A model generated the notes under the pieces. The model saw nothing but the letters and a program-made list of their open reading frames with translations, was not told the origin of the DNA and searched no databases. Positions 10,538 to 19,204 of a DNA stretch of 64,000 bases are shown in pieces. The stretch's first letter is position 1. Every line of letters starts with the position of its first letter. Location of the stretch: positions 576,001 through 640,000 of the forward strand of contig CAVWVQ010000003.1 of the NCBI GenBank assembly GCA_963758525.1, in the 5' to 3' direction. This stretch comes from an uncultured Phycisphaerales bacterium. Its GTDB lineage: Bacteria > Planctomycetota > Phycisphaerae > Tepidisphaerales > Tepidisphaeraceae. Position numbers and translations under genes: made by a program.

Positions 10538-10819
10538 CTATCGCAGCGCGAACTCGATTCTCTTACCTAGAATATGGGCTACCTTAGCCATCGTGTTCAG
10601 CGTGATCGACGTGTTCTGGGGGTCGAGCAGGCGGTCGATGCCCGTGCGGCTTGTTTTTAATCGCTTGGCCATTTCCCCCTTGGTGATCTTTTGCTGGTCC
10701 ATCGCTTTCCCAAGCTCATAAGAGAGCTTGAACTTGATGGCCGAGGCGCGACATTCTTCCAGAATGCCCTCTTCTTCCAGAAAATCCTCGAACCGCGAAC
10801 CCAAATGCTTCTGCTTCAT
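10538..10819 (-). CDS. HigA-like XRE/HTH antitoxin
   Basis: HLGSRFEDFLEEEG start and HTH (EMAKRLKTSRTGIDRLLDP..ITLNTM); follows the toxin gene. Confidence 0.85.
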   Translation of the reverse strand: MKQKHLGSRFEDFLEEEGILEECRASAIKFKLSYELGKAMDQQKITKGEMAKRLKTSRTGIDRLLDPQNTSITLNTMAKVAHILGKRIEFALR

Positions 10820-10827
10820 GTCATCAC

Positions 10828-11172
10828 CTACAGCAATTGCCTCTTGCGTTTCTTTGCCACGTCAAGCTCGTGTTTCGGCGTCTTTTGAGTCTTTTTGATG
10901 AATCCGTGCAACAACACCATCGCTCGTCCCTCAACGCAGAAAATCACCCGCGCGATCCGGTCACCAAGGTTGGACCGCACCTCCCACAGTCGGTCGCCAA
11001 GATTCGCCACCAGCGGTTTGCCAATCGGCCAGCAGTACTGAACCTTAAGAACATCATCGCCGATGATCTTCCGCTCGCTCCTTGTCAGCGAGAGCAGCCA
11101 CTCCCTGACCGGCTCGGTCGCTGCGTTCGTCCTGAAAAATACGGCATCAAGCTTTCGATCCCCTTCGCTCAT
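10828..11172 (-). CDS. RelE/HigB-family toxin (Gp49/DUF891-like)
   Basis: EPVREWL, WPIGKPLV, LWEVRS, ARVIF, LLHGFIKKTQKTP motifs; toxin-before-antitoxin order. Confidence 0.9.
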   Translation of the reverse strand: MSEGDRKLDAVFFRTNAATEPVREWLLSLTRSERKIIGDDVLKVQYCWPIGKPLVANLGDRLWEVRSNLGDRIARVIFCVEGRAMVLLHGFIKKTQKTPKHELDVAKKRKRQLL

Positions 11173-11175
11173 GTT

Positions 11176-11213
11176 GTACCAAAAATTGTACGTTTCGTTC
11201 GACTGATTTGCAA
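11176..11213 (-). promoter_or_regulatory. Sigma70 promoter and putative antitoxin operator of the TA operon
   Basis: Minus strand TTGCAA-17nt-TACAAT; imperfect palindrome GTACCAAAAATTGTAC (11176-11191) overlaps the -10 region. Confidence 0.65.
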
Positions 11214-11279
11214 GCTGGTCCCATTATGCGGCAATCAACCTCCGTCTGAAAGTCGCCGCTGCTTTCGGCGACATCGCCC

Positions 11280-11695
11280 ATGCCTGACGTCTTCACCAAA
11301 GAGAAGCGTTCCGAAGTGATGTCGAATATCCGCGGGCGCGGGAACCGCGGGACTGAACTCGCGACGGTGGCGTTCTTTCGCCGCCATGGGATCACCGGAT
11401 GGCGGCGGCATCAGGCGGTCTTCGGCAAGCCGGACTTTGTCTTTCCCAAAATCAAATTGCGGTCTTCGTGGACGGGTGCTTCTGGCACGCCTGCCCATCT
11501 CACTCGAACATTCCTGTGCAGAATCGAAGATTCTGGAAGACGAAATTGGATGCCAATCGCAGGCGTGACCGGCTGGTCCGCCGGACGCTCGAATCGCGCG
11601 GCTGGCGGGTCCTGCGGATATGGGAACATGAACTGTCGCGACGGAATCAGCGGCGGCTGCTTGCGCGGGTGAAGCGAAGCGTCGGTCAGGGCTGA
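11280..11695 (+). CDS. vsr: Vsr endonuclease, full-length copy 2 (-1 frameshift near 11458)
   Basis: MPDVFTKEKRSEVMSNIR..GKPDF then, in another frame, VFVDGCFWHAC..IWEHE; alignment to copy 1 shows one missing G. Confidence 0.85.
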
Positions 11696-11719
11696 TTGAT
11701 AACGGCCGGCCGCCGGCAA

Positions 11720-11850
11720 CAAGGCGAATGTCCAAGGCCCAATGGCCAACAAAGCCTCAAGCCCCAATGACCAAACGAATTCCTGAGGGAGTGCGCCTTG
11801 TGTATTGGGATTTGGTCCTTTGTTGGCCATTGGTCGTCGGTCATCACTCA
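11720..11850. repeat. Inverted short-tandem-repeat pair (CCAATGACCAA-like)
   Basis: CAATGGCCAACAAAG (11740-11754) pairs perfectly with 11818-11832, within degenerate short repeats. Confidence 0.65.
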
Positions 11851-11928
11851 CCGGCCACCGCCCCTGCCAAACCAATGCCGCTGCGCATTGTCTGATGAGA
11901 CGGATGATTCGCGGGATCGCGAGGCGGC

Positions 11929-12753
11929 ATGTCACGAAAAACGCAAACGGTTCCACTGATGGAGGCACTCGAGCCACGGCAGCTCTGTTCGGGCGGCGCG
12001 GCCGCGGCAATTGTGGTGACGGCGGTTGTTGCTCCCGCGACGCCGGTCGTGATCGGCGGTCACAGGGGGCATGGCATTGCCGCATCGGTGAAAGTGACCA
12101 ATGTGAGCGGTTCCGGCGCGACCGGTTCGCTGAGTGCGAAGTTTTACCTTTCCACGGATCAGGTTCTCGACGACCAGGATGTGCTGGCAGGACGCATCCC
12201 GGCGCGACGCATGACGCTGCAGCCATCACGGACGCGCGTGGTGCGGGGGGTTTTGAGTCCGCCTGCCGGTCTTCCCGCGGGGCACTATTTTTTGTTTGCG
12301 GTGATCACGCCGGGTGGCGGGCTCGGCAACGCCAATCCGCTTGATGACGTCGGCCTTGCCTCCAGGCGCGTCACCGTCGTTCACGGACGACGTCCGGATT
12401 CCGGAAGTGAAAGCGAGCCTGGCGCGGAAATCTGCTACACCGGAGCGGCGATCGACTGTTGCGGCGCCGGCGCAGCCGTCTTTGAAGGTGCAGTTGCAGG
12501 GCCGGAAGATTCGCCGCCGGCAGACACTGAGCCGGCGACTCAGCCGGTGGAGGAACAGCCGGCTGCGCCGCCGGCCGAAACCCAACCCACCACGCAGCCG
12601 GACGATACTCAGCCAGCCGATACGCAGCCAGTTGATACGCAGCCGGCGAGTCCTTCGCCCGGCGACGATTCCGGCGCGTCAGTTCCGCCGCCCGATGCGG
12701 ACCCGGCTCCCGACTCTGCGGGCGATAGTTCGTCGGGCTCGGACGACGACTGA
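11929..12753 (+). CDS. Planctomycete extracellular protein (LEPR-type motif, CARDB/Ig-like domain, acidic TQP-rich tail)
   Basis: EALEPRQL; VKVTN..FYLSTDQVLD..GHYFLFAVI; repeated DTQP. Confidence 0.7.
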   Translation: MSRKTQTVPLMEALEPRQLCSGGAAAAIVVTAVVAPATPVVIGGHRGHGIAASVKVTNVSGSGATGSLSAKFYLSTDQVLDDQDVLAGRIPARRMTLQPSRTRVVRGVLSPPAGLPAGHYFLFAVITPGGGLGNANPLDDVGLASRRVTVVHGRRPDSGSESEPGAEICYTGAAIDCCGAGAAVFEGAVAGPEDSPPADTEPATQPVEEQPAAPPAETQPTTQPDDTQPADTQPVDTQPASPSPGDDSGASVPPPDADPAPDSAGDSSSGSDDD

Positions 12754-12764
12754 GCTGAAGATCA

Positions 12765-12792
12765 AGAGCCGCCCGCAACGGCGGGCGGCTCT
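12765..12792 (+). terminator. Stem-loop after the 11929 gene
   Basis: Perfect 12-bp stem AGAGCCGCCCGC-AACG-GCGGGCGGCTCT; weak U-tract. Confidence 0.5.
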
Positions 12793-12887
12793 GATCGAAT
12801 GAAAAATCAGGCGTTGTGCGAACCTCTCCGCCGGGCTGTCGTTTTACTGCTGCGAATGGGGCTGTTTTGTTGCTTGAAAGGGAGAAG

Positions 12888-13106
12888 ATGAACCGATTGC
12901 TTCCCGGGCGATTCGACTTGATCGTCTTTGTGCTGATGGCACTGGCGTGCGGGCTGATCGTGCAGTTGAGCCCGAGCCGTGATTACATGCTGGGGGTGCT
13001 GGCGATGCCAATTTTCCTGATCGCGGCGTTGCGGGGGTTGAGCCGGAGCCGGTCGGTCGCGCCGATTGAATCGGAGATCGAATCGAGCGAGTCGGTGGCT
13101 GAGTAA
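12888..13106 (+). CDS. Small two-TM membrane protein
   Basis: GGAGAAG RBS, two hydrophobic segments, acidic tail. Confidence 0.6.
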   Translation: MNRLLPGRFDLIVFVLMALACGLIVQLSPSRDYMLGVLAMPIFLIAALRGLSRSRSVAPIESEIESSESVAE

Positions 13107-13174
13107 GCGAGGACCGTGGATGAACGCAGGGAAAGAGATTGAACCGCGGATAAACGCCGATGAACGCAGATTGA

Positions 13175-13336
13175 TCAGAGACTCCGCACGATGCGTTTAA
13201 CGTCCACTTGCGTTTCCCCGAAGTTGATCAAGAGGCCAATGTGAAGGCCAGTCGACTCCCAGCCGATTGGCGACATCTATGCGCAACCGATCATCTTCTC
13301 GGTGATTTCATTCAATCTGCGTTCATTTGCGTTCAT
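13175..13336 (-). pseudogene. Internally deleted GxxExxY-family gene inside a 34-bp inverted repeat
   Basis: Reads MNANERRLNEITEKMIGCA*, then DVANRLGV in a shifted frame, joined to TGLHIGLLINFGETQVDVKRIVRSL*. These match the N- and C-termini of GxxExxY proteins. Arms at 13141-13174 and 13312-13345 match at 30/34. Confidence 0.75.
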
Positions 13337-13555
13337 CTGCGGTTCCCTTTCTTCTGTTTGATAAAGCAGTCACCCCAGCAGCGGGCGTCTTCGTCTTTCC
13401 TTTTTGTGTTTTTGCGTTTTTTGTGGCCATTCTCTTACGGACCCGCGCTCCTGGACGCACAACCGATGCGGTAGTGGCTGGCTCCCTGGAAAGGGTCTCG
13501 CACACTTCGGGGAGCAGGCCGGGCATCTGGCTGACTCTCCGGTACAATCCCTTTG

Positions 13556-14398
13556 ATGTCTCCCCCCCTCGGATTGATCGCCGGTGAAGGCGTCTTCCCG
13601 GTTCTTGTCGCGCGCGGCGCACGCGCTGCGGGCCGGCGTGTCGTTTGCGCGGCGCTGTCGGGCCATGCGTGGCGTCAACTGGATGACGAATGCGACGAGA
13701 TCCGCTGGGTCGGCATCCTGCGCGTGGGGCAGTGGATCCGGCTGCTCAAACGAGCAGGCTGCACGGAAGCGATCATGGTCGGGCGGGTGGAAAAGTCGCA
13801 ACTGTACGACCGCTGGCGGTATCTGCGGTATATTCCCGACCTGCGAACGCTGCGGATTTTTTTCCGGGCGGTTCGCCGGGACAAACGACCCAACGTCATG
13901 CTCCAGACGCTCGTCGATGAGCTGGCATCGGCAGGAATTACCTTGATCGACTCCACGCAATTCACCACCGAGCATGTCGTCACGCCTGGCGTGATGACGC
14001 GCCGTCAGCCGACGTCGGGGCAATGGGCGGACATCCGGTTTGGGTATGAGATTTGTCAGTCGATCAGCAGGCTGGATATCGGGCAGTCGATTGCCGTGCT
14101 CGATCGGGATGTGATTGCGGTTGAGGCGCTGGAGGGAACCAACGCCATGATCGAGCGGGCCGGCTCGCTGTGCAAAGTCGGCGGGTGGACGCTGATCAAG
14201 GTGGCGAACAAGACGCAGGACATGCGCGTGGATGTGCCGACGATCGGGACGGTGACGATTGAAAAGCTCGCCGCCGCCCGGGCTGGGTGCATTGTGCTGG
14301 AGCCGGGAAAGACAGTGATGCTGGAGAAGCCGAAGGTGCTGGAGCTGGCGGATCGATACAAAATTGCGATTGTGGGGTATGAAGAAGGTTCAGCGTGA
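13556..14398 (+). CDS. lpxI: LpxI-family UDP-2,3-diacylglucosamine diphosphatase (DUF1009)
   Basis: LGLIAGEG, LDIGQS, AVEALEGTNAMIER, QDMRVDVPTIG motifs. Confidence 0.9.
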   Translation: MSPPLGLIAGEGVFPVLVARGARAAGRRVVCAALSGHAWRQLDDECDEIRWVGILRVGQWIRLLKRAGCTEAIMVGRVEKSQLYDRWRYLRYIPDLRTLRIFFRAVRRDKRPNVMLQTLVDELASAGITLIDSTQFTTEHVVTPGVMTRRQPTSGQWADIRFGYEICQSISRLDIGQSIAVLDRDVIAVEALEGTNAMIERAGSLCKVGGWTLIKVANKTQDMRVDVPTIGTVTIEKLAAARAGCIVLEPGKTVMLEKPKVLELADRYKIAIVGYEEGSA

Positions 14399-14404
14399 GC
14401 TTCC

Positions 14405-14571
14405 CAATTTGCAATTTTCATTTTGCAATTTGCAATCCTCAACTCGCAGTTCTGATCGCGTTCGTCTGATCGAGAGGCGGAAGCATTGAGGATTGCAAAT
14501 ATTGCAAATTGCAAATCGAAACGCGATGGACCACTGAACCCTGACACCCTGAACCCTGACACCCTGAACCC
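14405..14571. repeat. Inverted heptamer arrays (TTTGCAA / TTGCAAA) plus a CCCTGAA/CCCTGACA array
   Basis: ATTTGCAATCCTCAA (14428-14442) pairs with 14486-14500; 14486-14516 recurs at 20923-20953. Confidence 0.85.
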
Positions 14572-14583
14572 TCCTCCTCCGAC

Positions 14584-15540
14584 ATGGCAAAAGTGCGCAA
14601 AGCAGTCATCACCGCCGCGGGTCGCGGATCGCGTCAGTACCCGGCTTCGTCGGCGGTGCAGAAGGAGATGTTTCCGCTGGTCGATCGCGACGGGCTGACC
14701 AAGCCGGTTATTCAGATCATTGTCGAAGAGGCGGTCGACTCGGGCATCGAGGAGATCTGCATCATCACTCAGCCTGGCGAGGAGCCGCTGTATCGGAACT
14801 ATTTCAAACGGCTCGATCAGGAGTCGGCCGCGCGGTTTGCCGGCAAGGAGTGGGCGATTCGCGAGTCGCAGAAGCTGGGAGCATTGGGCGAACGGCTGCA
14901 TTTTGCCGAGCAGCATTCGCCCCAGGGCTTCGGCCATGCGGTCTATCAGGCCCGGGCGTTTGTCGGCGACGACCCGTTTCTGCTGTTGCTGGGAGATCAT
15001 GTTTACATCAGCAGCGTTGCCGATCGCTGCGCCCGGCAGCTCATGAACGTGTTCGAGACGCACGATCTCGATGCCGCCACGAGCGTGCAGCCGACGCCGG
15101 AAAGCGAGCTTCATCTTTTTGGGACGATTCGCGGCGTGCCGCTCGACCTGGCGATGGGCCTCTACAAGGCGGAGCTGATCATCGAGAAGCCGGCGATCGA
15201 GGTCGCGCGGCGGCAACTGTTCACGCCTGGGCTTCCTGCCGGCAAATATCTTTCGCACTTTGGCATTCACATCTTCAGTGCCCGCATCTTCGAGTCGCTC
15301 GAATATCTCATTGCCAACAACATTCGCGAGAACGGCGAGTTCCAGATGACCGCGGCCCAGGAACATCTCCGCCAGGCTGGCGGCAACTATGGCGCCGTCC
15401 TCGTCGAGGGACAGCGCTACGACACCGGCATCCCCTACGGCCTGGCGGAAACGCAGCTTGCACTGGCGATGAACGGCGTATTTCGCGCGGAGATCTGCGA
15501 CGCGTTCGACCGCATGCGCGAACTTCGATTCCCGCGCTGA
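14584..15540 (+). CDS. UTP-glucose-1-phosphate uridylyltransferase-like nucleotidyltransferase
   Basis: KAVITAAGRGSRQYP..KEMFP, QHSPQGFGHAV, LLLLGDH, IEKP, RYDTG (GalU-like). Confidence 0.85.
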   Translation: MAKVRKAVITAAGRGSRQYPASSAVQKEMFPLVDRDGLTKPVIQIIVEEAVDSGIEEICIITQPGEEPLYRNYFKRLDQESAARFAGKEWAIRESQKLGALGERLHFAEQHSPQGFGHAVYQARAFVGDDPFLLLLGDHVYISSVADRCARQLMNVFETHDLDAATSVQPTPESELHLFGTIRGVPLDLAMGLYKAELIIEKPAIEVARRQLFTPGLPAGKYLSHFGIHIFSARIFESLEYLIANNIRENGEFQMTAAQEHLRQAGGNYGAVLVEGQRYDTGIPYGLAETQLALAMNGVFRAEICDAFDRMRELRFPR

Positions 15541-15851
15541 CGGGCGGGTCCAGACCCTCTCCCGGAGTACCCGGAGAGGGGGCCAGAAAAAGCAAATCTG
15601 CTCCGTGAAGATTCGTGCGAAATTCGCGTCGATTCGTGTTTTGCATTTCTCGATGACTGGGGACTGAAAACCGGCGGAGCTGTTAGAGAAAAGTTCGCAT
15701 CACATCGCCATTGAGGGCAGCCTTCGCGGTTGAGCTCGCAATGCGCCGCTCGAAAATTCGTTGCATTTCGCGGGAATATGCCCGCAGCGGGCGATGTTTT
15801 CCCTGCGTTGTTTCATGCGTACCAAAATCTCTCGCTCCTTCTGGAGGTTCT

Positions 15852-16802
15852 ATGCTCGGCTCACTTCGTGATCGTTTCTCGCAGCTTCCGCAGAATGACG
15901 CTCGCCGTCGTTTCCTCAAAACCGCCGGCGCGATCAGTGCCGCGATGATCGGCAACGGATTGCTGGGAAGTCCCTCGCCCGTTGAAGCGGCGCAGGTGAC
16001 GCGCTTCGGAAAAAAGGGACACATGAAGCAGGTCACCGATGCCGACATTCTGAACTTCGCACTGAATCTGGAGTATCTCGAAGCGGAGTTCTATCTTCGC
16101 GCCACCACCGGCACCGGGCTGGCGGATGATGAAGTCACCGGTAAGGGCACGCTGGGCCAGGTCACCGGCGGGACAAAGGTTCCGTTTTCCGATTCGGTCA
16201 TCTCGCAATATGCGACCGAGATCGCAACCGACGAACATAATCACGTGCTGTTTCTCCGCGAGGCGCTGGGCAAGTCCGCCGTGGCCCGCCCGACCATCGA
16301 TTTGGACACAAGCTTCACCAATGCCGCCATCGCGGCCGGCATCATCACTTCGGGACAGACGTTCAGCCCGTATACGAGCGACGCCAACTTTCTACTCGGC
16401 GCGTTTGTCTTCGAGGACGTGGGCGTGACCGCGTACCATGGCGCGGCGCCTTACATCAATCATTCGGCCTATCTCTCGGCGGCGGCCGGAATTCTCGCGG
16501 TCGAGGCGTATCACGCCAGCGAGGTCCGCACGCTGCTGTTCGGAATGGGCCAGACTAGCCCGGACTTGATCACCATCGCCGACAAGATTTCCGCCCTTCG
16601 CGCTGCCGCCGACGGCAGCGGAGGAGACGGGCACGATCAGCCGTTGGTTGATTCGAACGGCAACGCCAACATCGTTCCCACCGACGACAACAGCATCGCG
16701 TTCGCCCGCACGTTCGACGAGGTGCTGGCGATCGTTTACCTCGGATCGGCCACGACGCCAGGCGGGTTCTTCCCCAACGGGACCAATGGCTTGATCTCCT
16801 GA
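15852..16802 (+). CDS. Tat-exported ferritin-like (desiccation-related PCC13-62-like) protein
   Basis: RRRFLK twin-arginine signal; ILNFALNLEYLEAEFY, DEHNHV, FEDVGVTAY, AVEAYHA diiron-type motifs. Confidence 0.9.
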   Translation: MLGSLRDRFSQLPQNDARRRFLKTAGAISAAMIGNGLLGSPSPVEAAQVTRFGKKGHMKQVTDADILNFALNLEYLEAEFYLRATTGTGLADDEVTGKGTLGQVTGGTKVPFSDSVISQYATEIATDEHNHVLFLREALGKSAVARPTIDLDTSFTNAAIAAGIITSGQTFSPYTSDANFLLGAFVFEDVGVTAYHGAAPYINHSAYLSAAAGILAVEAYHASEVRTLLFGMGQTSPDLITIADKISALRAAADGSGGDGHDQPLVDSNGNANIVPTDDNSIAFARTFDEVLAIVYLGSATTPGGFFPNGTNGLIS

Positions 16803-16835
16803 GGTTCGCCACGGCGGTGTCTTCCGGAAGAGAGA

Positions 16836-16869
16836 CGGGCTCGGCGCAAGCCGGGCCCGCTCTGTTTTT
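16836..16869 (+). terminator. Rho-independent terminator
   Basis: CGGGCTCGGC-GCAA-GCCGGGCCCG hairpin followed by CTCTGTTTTT. Confidence 0.6.
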
Positions 16870-17076
16870 GCGCGATCGCTGCGTGCCTGCGCTATGCCGG
16901 TTCGATGATGAAGCAAGAGCGGGTCTATCCGATTCCCGCCTGAGCCGATGCTGAGTTTGTTGCATGGACGCTTTCCTCGTGACGGTTCTCTCACAGCCAT
17001 TCGACTGGCCCGGCCACTTGACCTTAGCACGCGAAGGGTCACTCCGTGTCGTACCCCTGCCTTGACCGTATCGTCC

Positions 17077-17219
17077 GGGTGTAACTTTTATTTGTGGCGA
17101 TTGCAGATTTTGCGATCGTAGGGCGGGATTCATCCCGCCGTTTTCTCAGCCGGCCAACAAATCGGCGGGATGAATCCCGCCCTACTCGGAGCCGATCGCC
17201 ACTTTCGAGCGCCACACCG
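17077..17219 (+). mobile_element. 143-bp MITE copy 1 carrying a REP doublet; 8-bp TSD TATCGTCC
   Basis: Reverse-complement match to 51033-51175 (identical except the terminal base); direct repeats at 17069-17076 and 17220-17227. Confidence 0.9.
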
Positions 17220-17245
17220 TATCGTCCCATCCATCGAAGGCCAGC

Positions 17246-17290
17246 TTGACTTCTTCGTTCATAATGGTACAATATTGAACCATTATGAAC
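17246..17290 (+). promoter_or_regulatory. marR promoter with a 34-bp palindromic operator
   Basis: TTGACT-16nt-TACAAT; GTTCATAATGGT-ACAATATTGA-ACCATTATGAAC (17257-17290) covers the -10 and the start codon. Confidence 0.8.
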
Positions 17291-17782
17291 TCCCAAGCAA
17301 TCCTTTCGCCCGATCCGGCAAGCCTGCCCCTGTCGCATCCGTTTCAGGAGGATGCGGCCTTTCAGGCTTGGCGACAGCTTTTCCTGACATTCGTGAAGCT
17401 GCAGCGCCGCTGCGAAGCCATGCTCGCACCATACGGCCTGGTGATGTCCCAATTCGAGGCGATGTTCAAGGTCGGACTGAACCCCGGCCAGTCGCAGCAG
17501 GACTTGTGTGCGGCTTTGCTCCTGACGAAGGGGAATATAGGAGCTTTGGTGGACCGTCTGGAAGGGATGGGGATGATTCAGCGCCGACCAGACGACAAGG
17601 ACCGGCGGGTCAACCGGTTGTATCTTACTGCGGTCGGTCGCGAGCGCGTTGCGGAGATCTTTACGCATCACCGGCTGCTGGTGCATGAGATGATGGAGCC
17701 GCTCAGTCACTCGCAGTTGGGGCAGCTTCGCTCACTTCTGCAGTTGATCGAGCCGGAGACGGCCTCGTGCTCCTCAAGGTAG
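17285..17782 (+). CDS. MarR-family transcriptional regulator
   Basis: SQQDLC..TKGNIGALVDRLE..DKDRRVNRLYLT winged-helix; upstream of EmrAB. Confidence 0.92.
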   Translation: MNSQAILSPDPASLPLSHPFQEDAAFQAWRQLFLTFVKLQRRCEAMLAPYGLVMSQFEAMFKVGLNPGQSQQDLCAALLLTKGNIGALVDRLEGMGMIQRRPDDKDRRVNRLYLTAVGRERVAEIFTHHRLLVHEMMEPLSHSQLGQLRSLLQLIEPETASCSSR

Positions 17783-17862
17783 CGTTTATCGCCGATATAG
17801 TCTGATAAGAGACAGTCTGACGAAAGACTTCTAATTTCCCGCTCAGCGGTGACGAGTTAACC

Positions 17863-19008
17863 ATGCCACAAGCAATCCTCGAAAGAACTGCCCCCGAACG
17901 TGTTGCGATCAAACCGGCTGCGCAGCCTCTGGTTCCCGATGCCGCTGCGGTCGAGGCCCTCCCGGTGCCCGCGCCGCGCAAATCGCTGCATCGACGTCCT
18001 CTGTTCATGATCGTGGTGCTTGCGCTGGCCGTGGCTGGCGCCATCGCGGGGATTCGATTTTGGATTCACGGACAGCATTACGAATCGACGGATGATGCGA
18101 CGCTGGAAGGGCACGTGATTCCGATCAGCGCTCAAGTGCCGGCGCGCGTCCTGGCCGTTCATGTGGAAGATAACCAGCTTGTGAAGCGCGGAGATGTGCT
18201 GGTGGACCTGGATCCCCTGGATTACCAGGTCGCGATCGATCAGGCCAAAGGAAGCCTGGCGGCGATGCAGGGAAAGCTGCGCGAGGCCGAGGCACAGGTT
18301 CCCGCCACCGAGGCCCAGCGCGATGAGGCCAAGGCAGCGCTCGATGCGGCGCAGACCAACTTCGAGAATGCAGATCGTGATTTGAAACGCTTCGAGTCGC
18401 TCGACGAGCGCGCGGTGTCGCGGCAGCAGTTGGATACCTCCACTGCAACGCAGAAATCGGACCTCGCCGCTGTCGAGCAGGCCAAGGCGAAGTTGACCAG
18501 CGCCGAAAGTCAGATCACCACCGCCCAGGCGGTGGTCATCGCCGCCAAGGGCGACGTCGAGAAGGCGACGGCAGATCTGCAGCGTGCCGAGGTGAATCTC
18601 GGCTACTGCCAGATCAAGGCAACGGAAGATGGGCGCGTCACGCGCAAGGATGTCGAGCCGGGCGCGTACGTGACGCCCGGGCAGGCGCTGCTCGCGCTGG
18701 TTCCGCCGCAGGTGTGGGTGGTGGCGAACTTCAAGGAGACGCAACTGAACTACATGCGCCCGGCCAGCCCGTGACGATTCATCTCGACGCCTATCCGGGG
18801 CACGATTTCACCGGTCATGTCGACAGCATTCAATCCGGCACCGGAGCCCGCTTCAGCATGCTGCCGGCGGAAAACGCGACGGGGAATTATGTGAAGATCG
18901 TCCAGCGTGTGCCGGTCAAGGTCATCATCGATCAGGATCAGAGCGACGATGCAAGCCTGCGCGCTGGTTCCCGGGATGTCCGTCGAGGCTGAAGTGAAAG
19001 TGCGTTAA
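17863..19008 (+). CDS. EmrA/HlyD-family efflux adaptor (frameshifts near 18760 and 18960)
   Basis: STDDATLEG, VEDNQLVKRGDVL, WVVANFKETQL, GTGARFSMLPAENATGNYVKIVQRVPVK, PGMSVEAEVKVR* across three frames. Confidence 0.88.
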
Positions 19009-19051
19009 GGTGCGGGATTCTGCATCGAGCGCCGATGGCGCGGATTCCTGT

Positions 19052-19156
19052 TTAGCCGCGACGCGCAGCGGAGCGCGTCCAGCAGCGCTGATTGCACATG
19101 TAATGTCATTTGCAGGATACGCAGCGAAAACGCGCTCCGCTGCGCGTCGCGGCTAA
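19052..19156. repeat. Perfect 27-bp inverted repeat (TTAGCCGCGACGCGCAGCGGAGCGCGT family)
   Basis: Arms at 19052-19078 and 19130-19156; a single arm recurs at about 45549-45575. Confidence 0.9.
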
Positions 19157-19204
19157 CCCGGGTATCCGGACAAACTCTCGTCACTCAACACTTTTGTTGC
19201 CTCC

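Noticed and set aside
6870..11700. Integron cassette array explanation for the accessory island
   Set aside because: No convincing paired RYYYAAC/GTTRRRY attC structures between genes and no integrase in the window.
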